Virus record (IMG/VR): IMGVR_UViG_3300038960_000189
DNA from: an uncultured virus (IMG/VR IMGVR_UViG_3300038960_000189)
Taxonomy: Duplodnaviria > Heunggongvirae > Uroviricota > Caudoviricetes
Length of the DNA stretch: 64,000 nt
Direction: 5' to 3' (one strand)
This document shows, piece after piece, positions 1 to 9,501 of this stretch. Below the pieces are notes generated by a model. That model was not told the DNA's origin, did no database searches, and worked only from the letters and a program-made list of their open reading frames with translations. The position numbers were made by a program, and so were the translations under genes. Position 1 is the first letter of the stretch, and each line of letters starts with the position of its first letter.

Positions 1-658
1 TACTTCCAGATGGTATTTCTACATTTCCTTCAAAATCTAATAGTATACCTTTATATGAATTACTTCCAGAAGTATGAAATATAGAAGTACCAGCATAACC
101 ATTATTGTAATTGTATTCATTAAATCCTATGAATTTATGTGGAGTTGTAGCAAAATATCCTGAACCTTGTTTTGTATAAGCTCCAAAATAGGCATTTGTT
201 TCAGCAGTTGTTGGAGATGCATATAATGTTACTGCTTCTGTTGATGTGAAAAAATTATCTGTCTCTACATATATTCCTGCAGCAAATAAGGGACGATTTA
301 TTGTCATAAAAGCACTACCGCTAGATAAATTACCAGATGTTCCTCCTCTAAAGGTTAATCTATTACGTTGAGTTGAAATAAATGCAGAAGTACTAGTCCC
401 TAAACCTAAATGAAGTTGAGCTGCAGTATCATCATCATTTTTAAAAAATGCATTTCCAGCTTCAAATTGATTTCCACTTCCTTGCAATATAATACTATTT
501 GTAGTAGTAGAAGATTGATCTGTTACACTTTGTAATGTAGGAATTGATCCAGAATTTATTCCTGTTAGTTGGGAACCATCTCCTTGAAATGATCCAGAAA
601 ATGATCCTGATAATGATAAATTATCACTTAACTGTTTACCTTTAAATTGTCTACCCAT
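1..658 (-). CDS. tail fibre-like structural protein (partial, runs off window start)
   Basis: Not in ORF track. My translation from ATG at 658 (TAATG overlap with upstream stop) gives MGRQFKGKQLSDNLSLSGSFSGSFQGDGSQLTG..., open to base 1 and Ser/Gly/Thr-rich like the tail proteins here. Confidence 0.6.
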   Translation of the reverse strand, partial: MGRQFKGKQLSDNLSLSGSFSGSFQGDGSQLTGINSGSIPTLQSVTDQSSTTTNSIILQGSGNQFEAGNAFFKNDDDTAAQLHLGLGTSTSAFISTQRNRLTFRGGTSGNLSSGSAFMTINRPLFAAGIYVETDNFFTSTEAVTLYASPTTAETNAYFGAYTKQGSGYFATTPHKFIGFNEYNYNNGYAGTSIFHTSGSNSYKGILLDFEGNVEIPSGS

Positions 659-1893
659 TAACTATCCCATCTTCCATTTACAATTATTACATCATCTGCT
701 TCTAATGCATATCCTAATGTAGCAGTATCAAATATAATTGTTTGTGTTGAACTATTACTAGGACTCCATGTATATATTACTTTATCAATATATTGTCCAT
801 TTATATAGACATCAAATTCATTTTTTGTTGCTGGCAATGCTGTTAATGGATTTGTTGCTGCTAAAGATGAAATTGTAATTGTATTACCACTAACATACGT
901 TCCATTTTTGTCAACTAACGAAGTGAGATATGTCATTGTACCAGCGTCTATTGTTGTTGAACTGCCTCCAGAAGTTGTATTTGAAACCATTACACAATTT
1001 CCAGAAATAATTCGCTGTTGTGCATCGATTAATTGTTGTGGTACTGTTGTAGTGCTAAATATATCTTCTTCTACATCAATAACAACTGCCCACTGAATTT
1101 TCTTAATAGAATATCGTTTTTGCACTGTCGATTGTCGATATTCTTGATCTGCCATCAGTGTTCCATTTACTGTCAAAGATGTTGTAGCTCTAACTAATCT
1201 ATCATCTCCAACCGTATTTATAGTTTCAAAATTAATCTGTCGTACGAACGTCCTATATTGATTGAATTCATTACCCCAAGCAAATGTTCCATACGGCATA
1301 ATTTGTTCAATTAATTCATTCATTTGTGTTGTAAAATCTGTCCATATCATCATATCATATTCAACATCTACATATTCTGGTATTGGTAATACATAGATTT
1401 CATTTGATTCTGATCTTTGTTGCTTTGGTATTGGAAATAACTCATCTTCATATCGATTACGTTTATTATATTTTTTTCGATATGATAAAAAATTTCCTGG
1501 TACTGGATAATTAACATCTAGTTTACGTAATTGATCTCGTTCTACTACAGAATTTCGTTTCAATACAATAATTGGTGATTGTAGCATCCCTTTTTCATCA
1601 CGCAAATAGCCTAACCTCCGTACATTATCCCATTTTTCGCCATTAGCAAATATTACTGGTACTTTTATTAGTTCGTTATTAGCTTCAATCTGTGGCTGTA
1701 TTTCGTTATCAATAAACCATTTTATTGCATAATCAATATCATATAAAGTTCTTTTGGGTGTCTTGACAACATCATCATCTCTTCGTATTTGTTCAGCTCT
1801 ATTTAAAATTTGGTCATCTCTAGGGGTAACCGTTCTTTTTAGATCTGGCTTATTAGTTTTACGATCAATATTTTTTCTTCGATATCTTGGCAT
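658..1893 (-). CDS. gp15: tail completion/sheath stabiliser (T4 gp15-like) with C-terminal extension
   Basis: KVPVIFANGEKW and P-YVDVEYDMMIWTDFTTQMNELIEQIMP resemble gp15; follows the gp13- and gp14-like genes. Confidence 0.65.
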   Translation of the reverse strand: MPRYRRKNIDRKTNKPDLKRTVTPRDDQILNRAEQIRRDDDVVKTPKRTLYDIDYAIKWFIDNEIQPQIEANNELIKVPVIFANGEKWDNVRRLGYLRDEKGMLQSPIIVLKRNSVVERDQLRKLDVNYPVPGNFLSYRKKYNKRNRYEDELFPIPKQQRSESNEIYVLPIPEYVDVEYDMMIWTDFTTQMNELIEQIMPYGTFAWGNEFNQYRTFVRQINFETINTVGDDRLVRATTSLTVNGTLMADQEYRQSTVQKRYSIKKIQWAVVIDVEEDIFSTTTVPQQLIDAQQRIISGNCVMVSNTTSGGSSTTIDAGTMTYLTSLVDKNGTYVSGNTITISSLAATNPLTALPATKNEFDVYINGQYIDKVIYTWSPSNSSTQTIIFDTATLGYALEADDVIIVNGRWDS

Positions 1894-2414
1894 TAAAATC
1901 CTTTATATGATTTATCATCTTTTGCATTACCAAATCGCATTTTTCTAATATTTGTCGGCGTTTGTCTTGTTGCATGGGTATCACATAATACAGATACACT
2001 ATATCCAAATTTTTCTCCATTTGGCCAAGTTTCAGGATTCTTACCTACAAAATATTGATTTGCATCTACATTTTCAATTTCATAGTATTCATTATCCCAT
2101 TTAATAATATCACCTACTTCTGGATAAAAATCAGCTGTAACTAATATATCGCGTGATATTCCAAATTGTGCTGTTCTTGTATATGTATGTCCATAATCAT
2201 CCATAACAGAATTTTTATTTTCTTTGGTAATTAGTGCAGGTATTAATATTGAATCATAGTATGATTTTGAAACTGACTCTCCGTATATATTAGAATTTGA
2301 TTGCTCAATTACTAATTTATAGAATTCAATTTCTGTATCAACTATTGAATTTAATAGCTCCGCATTAATCGAAGCTAAAAACTTAGCATCTCTTGATCCA
2401 CCGAATAACGCCAT
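1893..2414 (-). CDS. gp14: neck/head closure protein (gp14-like)
   Basis: NIYGES and PEVGDIIKWDNEYYEI motifs; position between gp13- and gp15-like genes. Confidence 0.65.
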   Translation of the reverse strand: MALFGGSRDAKFLASINAELLNSIVDTEIEFYKLVIEQSNSNIYGESVSKSYYDSILIPALITKENKNSVMDDYGHTYTRTAQFGISRDILVTADFYPEVGDIIKWDNEYYEIENVDANQYFVGKNPETWPNGEKFGYSVSVLCDTHATRQTPTNIRKMRFGNAKDDKSYKGF

Positions 2415-2415
2415 A

Positions 2416-3639
2416 TTACCCTATATAAATTTTTGTTGGTATTTTAGACAATACTTCGTTCATAGCATCATTTTCAGCTTGTTGTCTTGTCATCATACTC
2501 TCTTTTGTTAATTTCTCTAAAAACTCTCGTAGCTGCGTAATTAATGTATCTTTTTCAGATTGTCCTTGTGTTATTAAGTCAGATCCGTTAAGTGTAACAT
2601 CTGAATTAGGAATTGGTATTGTTGAGTATTTGCTCCTTACATATCCTAATGTTTCTTTCGCTAATGCTGTTGCATATCTAAATATCCAAGATCTTCCCAT
2701 ATCATTGATATTAGAATATTTTTGATATGTATATGGAATATTAGATCCATCTGTGACAACGTTGTTCATTGCAGCTGTATTACCGAATAATATTGCTTCA
2801 CTAGCTTTTTGATCTTCATAAATAAATTCGAACCAAACATTTTCATAGAATGGCGCAGCTGCGGTTCCTGTAGTTCCCGGTGTTGGATATAATCTTATAT
2901 CGTCTCCATGTATTTCAAATGAAAAATGAGATTTACGAATTCTATCATTAAATTCAATTGTTTGTATTCTTAATAAGTCTTGATGTAATGGCATCATCAT
3001 AAAATTAACAGATGGTGAAAATCCTCCAAAATCAAATGCATCTAATAGCTGTTGTGATCCTAAACCTGTACCTACAAATGGGTCAAAATATCTAATAATA
3101 GCTGGAGGAACATTGTGCAATACACGTTTAACTTCGATTGAACTAGAGTTTGATAAAGTTATTCCTAATGTTTTTTCTACAGCTTCTCTGATACTATAAT
3201 TTTGTTGTCCATCTACTATATCAATTGAAGCAGAATACCATTTTAAATTACCTCCAGAATCTGCTTCAGTTCCATATGTCTTTGACAACTTAGTAACATA
3301 AGAAAGAGATGATCCAACCAATGTTCCAGTAAATGTTTCATCAGTTAAAAAGTTAGAACCAGTATTGATTCCTAATGTGCTTAGTAAATTATTGGCAATG
3401 TTAATTTGATTGATTTGATTTGAGTATTCAACAACTGAAGATTCAAATGCAGTATAAAAATTAATATCAATTAGTTCAACATCCATTATTGGATACCCTA
3501 CAGTTTGTGCTGCATGTTTTGCAAAACTATCTGCATGTTGCTGAAAGAGTGTATCATTATCAAAAAATCCAAATGGCGTATCTCCTGGACTAAATGATGA
3601 GCTTCCGGGCCAAATTGGTTTGTTTACGCTATAATCCAT
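2416..3639 (-). CDS. gp13: neck/head-tail adaptor protein (gp13-like)
   Basis: GYPIMDVEL N-terminus and WIFRYATALAKETLGYVRSKY..IPIP..VTLNG C-terminus typical of gp13. Confidence 0.8.
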   Translation of the reverse strand: MDYSVNKPIWPGSSSFSPGDTPFGFFDNDTLFQQHADSFAKHAAQTVGYPIMDVELIDINFYTAFESSVVEYSNQINQINIANNLLSTLGINTGSNFLTDETFTGTLVGSSLSYVTKLSKTYGTEADSGGNLKWYSASIDIVDGQQNYSIREAVEKTLGITLSNSSSIEVKRVLHNVPPAIIRYFDPFVGTGLGSQQLLDAFDFGGFSPSVNFMMMPLHQDLLRIQTIEFNDRIRKSHFSFEIHGDDIRLYPTPGTTGTAAAPFYENVWFEFIYEDQKASEAILFGNTAAMNNVVTDGSNIPYTYQKYSNINDMGRSWIFRYATALAKETLGYVRSKYSTIPIPNSDVTLNGSDLITQGQSEKDTLITQLREFLEKLTKESMMTRQQAENDAMNEVLSKIPTKIYIG

Positions 3640-3649
3640 TTAAATTCCT

Positions 3650-3925
3650 TTACTGTAATTTTGTTAAAGTAGATTGTATAAATTGCATCTGCTCTAATGT
3701 TTCAATTTTTCCAATTGATAATCGTTGTATAGCTTTATATGATTTTCTGGGAGGGTATGGAGTCATTATTTTAATTGTTACTAGCTCTTCTCCTTTGCCT
3801 AAATCTTTTTCTATATGAACCATTAGGACTAATCTTATCGCACGTATACGATCTAAAACATCTATTAAATTTCCTTTATAACGAATTCTTGATTGTATTG
3901 AATATTTTGTTCTAGGTGCTGCCAT
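3650..3925 (-). CDS. hypothetical protein
   Basis: 91-aa ORF preceded by late-promoter motif at 3941-3948. Confidence 0.6.
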   Translation of the reverse strand: MAAPRTKYSIQSRIRYKGNLIDVLDRIRAIRLVLMVHIEKDLGKGEELVTIKIMTPYPPRKSYKAIQRLSIGKIETLEQMQFIQSTLTKLQ

Positions 3926-3954
3926 AGTACTTCTTTTAATATAAATATCTAAAC

Positions 3955-3983
3955 AGTAAGAAAGGGATGACGAATCATCCCTT
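3955..3983 (-). terminator. intrinsic terminator after major capsid gene
   Basis: Minus strand AAGGGATGA-TTCG-TCATCCCTT (9-bp stem, UUCG loop) followed by TCTTACTGTTT. Confidence 0.8.
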
Positions 3984-4028
3984 ACTTTAATAGTTAATGC
4001 TTTGTAATTAAAAAATTAAATTAATTTC

Positions 4029-5663
4029 TTACAAAGTATTTAATCCATGAACATATACTTTACCATAGAATTCAGGTCTTACCATTTTCTTAGCATATCT
4101 TGTCATTACACCTTTTCTTGGAGTAAAGTTTACAGGATCATATACTAATGGAGTCATGATAAGTGGCACGTATGGAGCATAAACTGCACCTGTTTCAAGG
4201 AACTGCGCTCCTCTATATCCCATAAGGATTACGTTTTCTTTCATGTATGGGTTTTTGTATACTGTGTATCTGTTATTGATTGCACCAATTTTTTGAACAC
4301 CAGCGGCAAATTCCATTTTGTTACCATCTGTGTCAGCAGCAAATCCAGGAATAGATTCAAGGACTGTTGCTACAGCAGGACTAGTTACTAAGAAATTAGC
4401 ACCACCTCTGAGTGTTTTCTGATGAATTTTATTAGATACTTTTTGAAGTTTAGTTCCTAAAGTTTGGAACCACTCTCCTTGAGTGTTATAATATCCACCG
4501 CCACCAGCAGTTTTTTGTTCAAAATTGTCTACACCATTCCAGATATAGTTACTTACAGCTGACCAGAATTCTGTTGTTACAGCTCCGTTGATCAACATGT
4601 CTAAAATTTCAAGATCAATTTCCATTGATACATATTCACTTAACATTGAAGTTAATTCAGCTTCAGCGTCAATTGAGTGATATGCATTTAAATCTTGAGC
4701 AAATTCAGGTGTCCATACAGCCTTTAATTTTCTTGTCTTAGCGACAATCGGTTCGGACTGCATTTCTAAATTTACTTCTGGGATATCAATATCAGTACCT
4801 TCATCGATACCAGTTCCAGCACCACTTCCTTTGAAAGGATCTTGATCTTCAAAATCACCTCTTGTAAAGTCTACTGGTTGCTTACTATATGATACTTGAT
4901 AATCACCATCTTCGATAGTTCCGCCTGATCCAGAAACAACAAATACTACATTTGATCCTTCTACTCTTGTAAAAGCATTATATTGTGTAATAGTTGCACC
5001 TGATCCAGATTCTAAAATAAATGATCTTACTGCAGTAGAATCTGATCCTGATAACGATGCTAATGGGATAGATACTTCATCTAATGTATAAGCAATTGAT
5101 GCTAAGTCTGAATCATAATTTACAGACGCAGAAGTAGCTGCAGCTGTAGTTGCTGAAGCAGTTACTACTACTTCGTTAATTGAATATCCAAATCTACCAG
5201 CCCCGTATAAACCTCCAGAAGCATCAGCTTCATCAGAAGTTACACCGAACATTGAGTTGTTTGCATTTGGTGAACCAAACGGGAATTCTCCCGAGTCACC
5301 ACCTGTTGTTTCGAATCCAGGCTGAGCTGTACCATATTTAAAATCTAAATAAAATACAAGTCCAGATGGCAAATTCATTGGTTGTACAGAAACAAATTCT
5401 TTTGCTGCAAATTCAGCAAAGATTCTTCTAACCAATGGAAGTGCAACACCTGCCCACTCTTCAGCACCTTCAGTGGTACCAGTAGCAGATGCTTCTTTTA
5501 CTAGTTGTCTAGCCTGGTTCTCAAGTAGCTGGGACATACCAGCTTTTTCAGTATCTCCTTTTAATCCTTCAAGAAGACCTGTCTTTTCCCATTTTTGAAC
5601 TAACCCTACGGCAGCTTTTCTTTGGGAAGGATTATTGTTTTCCAATAATGATGAGATTTCCAT
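4029..5663 (-). CDS. gp23: major capsid protein (T4 gp23 family)
   Basis: LPLVRRIF, VSVQPMNLPSGLVFYL, AKTRKLKAVWTPEFAQDLNAYHSIDAEAEL, YAPYVPL, FTPRKGVMTRY motifs. Confidence 0.97.
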   Translation of the reverse strand: MEISSLLENNNPSQRKAAVGLVQKWEKTGLLEGLKGDTEKAGMSQLLENQARQLVKEASATGTTEGAEEWAGVALPLVRRIFAEFAAKEFVSVQPMNLPSGLVFYLDFKYGTAQPGFETTGGDSGEFPFGSPNANNSMFGVTSDEADASGGLYGAGRFGYSINEVVVTASATTAAATSASVNYDSDLASIAYTLDEVSIPLASLSGSDSTAVRSFILESGSGATITQYNAFTRVEGSNVVFVVSGSGGTIEDGDYQVSYSKQPVDFTRGDFEDQDPFKGSGAGTGIDEGTDIDIPEVNLEMQSEPIVAKTRKLKAVWTPEFAQDLNAYHSIDAEAELTSMLSEYVSMEIDLEILDMLINGAVTTEFWSAVSNYIWNGVDNFEQKTAGGGGYYNTQGEWFQTLGTKLQKVSNKIHQKTLRGGANFLVTSPAVATVLESIPGFAADTDGNKMEFAAGVQKIGAINNRYTVYKNPYMKENVILMGYRGAQFLETGAVYAPYVPLIMTPLVYDPVNFTPRKGVMTRYAKKMVRPEFYGKVYVHGLNTL

Positions 5664-5679
5664 TTTTTTATTTCCTTAT

Positions 5680-6747
5680 TTAATCTAACAAACCAGCTAA
5701 TTTTTTCCATCTATTAGCTAATTGGTTTCCTTCGTTTATAATTTTCTTTGTTGGAGCGGTTGTAGTACCAGTTGGTCTAGAGGCTGCGCCTTCTTTAACC
5801 ATTTTCTTTTTCTTGGTAGGAACTGTGAAGTTCTCTGCCAATGTAGTGAATACAAGTTTCACTTCTCTTGTAGTACCAGCTCTATCAAAATTTTCAATTA
5901 CTTTCATTTTTTGATCTTCGCTCAATTCAAAATTTCTAAACAATTTGTTTGTGAAAAGAAGTTTTGCATTTAAAAGATTAACTTCATTGATGGTTTCACG
6001 TAAAGATTCAATGGTGTCATAAGCTTCAGTTAATTCTTCTTCTATATTCTCCATTTTTTTCTTTTTATCACCTCTACCTTCTGTTGGCATTTCTTTAGAA
6101 TGTTCGTCACTAGAATCTGCATCTGCATCATTCATTGGCATTCCTCTGCCCTCAGTTGGCATACCATCTTCGTCTTCTGCTAAGATAGACTCGATAATTT
6201 CATCGATAAATTCTTCTGAAGTTAAGTCTTTTTCGGCTTCTGCTTCTTCAGCATCTTCTCCGCCTCCATGAGCTTTTTCAGTTAATTCATCTTCGAATAA
6301 TTCATCTTCAGTTAATTCTTCCTCATTTAAATCTTCTTCAAGTTCTCTAATAATAGCTTCTAGTTCTAAATCTTCTGTTACATCTTCTTCTGTCATATTG
6401 ACGTCGAGAGTATCTTCTTCTACTGGTGCTGGCATTTCCATTTCTGGTTCCATTTCTTCAGCTACATCAGCTACATCAGCTACAGGTTCAGCCGGCATTT
6501 CTATTTCCGGTTCTATGTCTAGTTCCATTGATGGAGTTTTTTCTGTTTCTGTATCTGCCATAATGGCTTCAGCGTCTGCTATACTTTCTTCTTCGTCTAA
6601 TTCTTCAGATAATTTAGTTGATAACATTGATTGTATCCTAGGAGCAAATGCTTCTTCTAAAGCAATCTTTGCATTCGCTAGTGCAGTTTCTTTAACAGCC
6701 TTAGCATCAGCAATTGCTTCTTTAAGCAAATCTGACTTTGCGTCCAT
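5680..6747 (-). CDS. gp22: prohead core/scaffold protein (gp22-like)
   Basis: Very acidic coiled-coil protein directly upstream of MCP; many L/I-x-E sites; AAGGAG SD. Confidence 0.8.
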   Translation of the reverse strand: MDAKSDLLKEAIADAKAVKETALANAKIALEEAFAPRIQSMLSTKLSEELDEEESIADAEAIMADTETEKTPSMELDIEPEIEMPAEPVADVADVAEEMEPEMEMPAPVEEDTLDVNMTEEDVTEDLELEAIIRELEEDLNEEELTEDELFEDELTEKAHGGGEDAEEAEAEKDLTSEEFIDEIIESILAEDEDGMPTEGRGMPMNDADADSSDEHSKEMPTEGRGDKKKKMENIEEELTEAYDTIESLRETINEVNLLNAKLLFTNKLFRNFELSEDQKMKVIENFDRAGTTREVKLVFTTLAENFTVPTKKKKMVKEGAASRPTGTTTAPTKKIINEGNQLANRWKKLAGLLD

Positions 6748-6863
6748 TTTTTCTCCTTAAATTGATTTTGGAAATAAGATTATTCAGAATCTTAATATAA
6801 AAATTAATAACATAATCGACACTATATATTTGATAGCGTATTTAAAATAAATATATACCAAGT

Positions 6864-6902
6864 AAAAAAACAGTAAACCGCCCCAACAATTGTAGCTGGG
6901 GC
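6864..6902 (-). terminator. intrinsic terminator after bS21
   Basis: GCCCCA...TGGGGC stem (6880-6902) followed on minus strand by GGTTTACTGTTTTTTT. Confidence 0.65.
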
Positions 6903-6920
6903 TTATATTAGATAGATGTT

Positions 6921-7160
6921 TTAGTAACTGTTTTTTAAATCAAAGATTTTTTGTTTGTATTTTGCTGCGTTTAGTTTTTCCCGTTTAATAGAGCTGGGCT
7001 TAATATATTCTTTTCTTGATTTCAATGTTTCTAGTATACCAGCAGACTTTGTTTGTTTTTTCCACATTCTTAATGCGAAATTGATATCATTCCCTACAAC
7101 TTTAGTAGACATTGTATTTCCAGGAACGATTGATAAATGAGCTTTATTTTTTTTAGACAT
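6921..7160 (-). CDS. rpsU: ribosomal protein bS21
   Basis: V..NDINFALRMWKK...AGILETLKSRKEYIKPS.IKR matches the bS21 pattern; location among head genes as in described bS21 phages. Confidence 0.88.
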   Translation of the reverse strand: MSKKNKAHLSIVPGNTMSTKVVGNDINFALRMWKKQTKSAGILETLKSRKEYIKPSSIKREKLNAAKYKQKIFDLKNSY

Positions 7161-7185
7161 AACTTAATTTTTAATTATAACATGT

Positions 7186-7635
7186 TTATACTTGTATATT
7201 TGGTTCTGTATCAGGAGTTGGTGATTTTGGTTCAGGAGCTGGCTCTGGAGTTGATGTTGGTTCTAAAGGAAGCTCTGATTTTGGTTCTTCAACTTCTGGT
7301 TTATCGCTTTCTAATGTTGTGAACTTAAATTTGTTTACTTCTGGAAGTTGACTTATAAATCCTTGTATTCGTTGCGATTCTTTTCCAGGATCTTCACCTA
7401 ATCTAAAATAAAAGAATCCAATACCTTGATCGTCTTTGAATTTTGTTTTTATGATATGCATACCTTTTTTCTCGGCAAACTGCCTGATATCTGACTTAAC
7501 ATCCATAGCTGTACTAGGATCGTGTAATTTATAAAGTACACCACCTTTATAGTCAGTCAATTTATTTGTTAAATCAGCTTCTTGGACTTTTGGCTTCATA
7601 CCAAAGAAGTCACGGTATGTATTTCTATTCGGCAT
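7186..7635 (-). CDS. hypothetical protein with Pro/Glu-rich tail
   Basis: 149-aa ORF with AAGGA SD and sigma70-like promoter upstream. Confidence 0.6.
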   Translation of the reverse strand: MPNRNTYRDFFGMKPKVQEADLTNKLTDYKGGVLYKLHDPSTAMDVKSDIRQFAEKKGMHIIKTKFKDDQGIGFFYFRLGEDPGKESQRIQGFISQLPEVNKFKFTTLESDKPEVEEPKSELPLEPTSTPEPAPEPKSPTPDTEPNIQV

Positions 7636-7648
7636 CTAATTCCTTTAT

Positions 7649-7676
7649 ATTATAAGAAGTTTTTTTCTAAATTCAA
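7649..7676 (-). promoter_or_regulatory. sigma70-like promoter upstream of the 149-aa ORF/bS21 pair
   Basis: TTGAAT-N16-TATAAT on minus strand. Confidence 0.6.
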
Positions 7677-7678
7677 AA

Positions 7679-8044
7679 TTAATTTATTTCAAAATACTTG
7701 CTTAATCCTTGTCCTATATCTTCATATGCAGCTGAAAGTCTTTCTTGTAATCTAGACATTTCTTGTGCTGTTTTTTCGAAAATTTTATATGATTCGTTTA
7801 GTCCTTTCATATGTCGATTAACAGTAATACCATCAAACCAATCGCCTTCTGCTAATGTGACTTGTTGAGCCATTTCTACCATATGTTTTATTTTTTCACA
7901 AAGCTCTTGCAAATCTGTTCTACTATAAACTGATTCGCCTAGGCTCGAGTAATTTTTTACAGACTCTACAAATTCACGCTTTTGTTCAGTAGTTATTTGT
8001 ATTGGCTCGCTTTCTAATGCCTCTAATAATTCTCGTATTTTCAT
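7679..8044 (-). CDS. conserved head-module hypothetical protein
   Basis: Likely start at ATG 8044 (MKIRELLE), just after the protease stop; coiled-coil. Confidence 0.6.
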   Translation of the reverse strand: MKIRELLEALESEPIQITTEQKREFVESVKNYSSLGESVYSRTDLQELCEKIKHMVEMAQQVTLAEGDWFDGITVNRHMKGLNESYKIFEKTAQEMSRLQERLSAAYEDIGQGLSKYFEIN

Positions 8045-8045
8045 T

Positions 8046-8675
8046 TTAAATCCTGCATTTCCCGTTATCACAAAGTATTGAAGTTATTATATTATTTACT
8101 TTGTCGTATTTGTTATTTTCTATTGTGTTATTAACTGATTCATTCATTCTTGTAGGACGAAGGAATGCTCCATGAGTTGATGGATTTGATACAAAATCAA
8201 AACAAATTAACTCAAAATCTTCTTGAACTTCAACAGCAGACTCTTTATATAATTCCTTAACTGACCCTAATCCTCTACTAGATATACCTAATGTAATACC
8301 AGCATCAAATAATGATTTTAATATTTTTCCTGCAGGAGTTTCAAGTATTTGTACGGCTCCTTTTAAATCATTACCATCCCACCACATTTTTAATACATTA
8401 TGAGAAACATTATTTAAATTTACAACAGATGAATCTGGATGATCTAATTCTCCTAATGCTCTATTTTGACTAACATATTCTTTTTGATATTTTTGTGCTT
8501 CACGTTGTAGAATAGATTTTGGATATACACGTCCATTTTGATTTTTAGCTCCAGCTCGTTGCAAAACTCCTTGAACAATTAATCCTCCAGGAATACCATA
8601 TTCTGCAGCTGCTTGTTCTGTAACTGTGCCTAATGGTTTAAATGGCATATATTCTACTAGTAATGATTTACTCAT
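8046..8675 (-). CDS. gp21: prohead core protease (T4 gp21 family)
   Basis: NQNGRVYP, ALGELDHP, VSH, TPAGKIL, GISSRGLGS, DFVSNPS motifs. Confidence 0.95.
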   Translation of the reverse strand: MSKSLLVEYMPFKPLGTVTEQAAAEYGIPGGLIVQGVLQRAGAKNQNGRVYPKSILQREAQKYQKEYVSQNRALGELDHPDSSVVNLNNVSHNVLKMWWDGNDLKGAVQILETPAGKILKSLFDAGITLGISSRGLGSVKELYKESAVEVQEDFELICFDFVSNPSTHGAFLRPTRMNESVNNTIENNKYDKVNNIITSILCDNGKCRI

Positions 8676-8676
8676 G

Positions 8677-9501
8677 TTATTCTCCTAAACTTCTTATTCT
8701 TTCAGAAATTTTTAATAATCTTTCAGAAATTTTACCTAAAGCGTTTTTTGTTGATTTACCATAAGTTGAACCAGCTATTCCAGATTCATTTTTTAATCTA
8801 GAAGTATATCTAACTAATTTTTCTATTTCTTGTAACTTTTTTGCTACTTCTTTTATAGTTCCATTAACAGTTTGTGTTGGTGTTGCTTTTGCATTACCAG
8901 TTGCAAATCTTGAATATGATTCAATCATTTGTACGTATTTTTGATCCATTGCTTCTGATACTGATGCATAAGTATATTTTTTTTCTGGTGCGTCTGGATC
9001 TTTAAATGCATTTGGGGTCGGGTATGATGCTACTCCTGAACTTTGACTAATTTCATCAATATCTTCATTAAATATATAATCAGACAACGCCATTCTAATA
9101 GTACCTCTTAACATACCATCATCTTTAATACTTGGAAATCGTTTCGCAATAGCTTTAGCAACTGCATCTACTCTTTTATCTTGTAAATCTGAAATATTAT
9201 CTTCTGTTACAACTTCTTCATCTACGTCTTCTTGTTTTGTATTACAATGTGCTTCATCTATATCATCTTCTTTAACTACTAATTTCACATCTTTACCTTT
9301 AGCATCTAAATCCATAGCTATTTTTTCGTCGTCAGTTGTTATCATTTCATTAGACTTTTGTTTTGCCATTGCAGCTTTAATAGCTTGATCTTTTGCCATT
9401 AAATAATCAGCAGAATCTACATCTCCATCACCATCACGATCTAATTCCTTTTCTTGCAATTCTTGAAATTTTGATTCTATTTCTTTTAAAAATGATCTCA
9501 T
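8677..9501 (-). CDS. hypothetical prohead-associated protein with EF-hand-like loop
   Basis: Acidic ORF between portal and protease; DRDGDGDVDSAD loop. Confidence 0.6.
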   Translation of the reverse strand: MRSFLKEIESKFQELQEKELDRDGDGDVDSADYLMAKDQAIKAAMAKQKSNEMITTDDEKIAMDLDAKGKDVKLVVKEDDIDEAHCNTKQEDVDEEVVTEDNISDLQDKRVDAVAKAIAKRFPSIKDDGMLRGTIRMALSDYIFNEDIDEISQSSGVASYPTPNAFKDPDAPEKKYTYASVSEAMDQKYVQMIESYSRFATGNAKATPTQTVNGTIKEVAKKLQEIEKLVRYTSRLKNESGIAGSTYGKSTKNALGKISERLLKISERIRSLGE

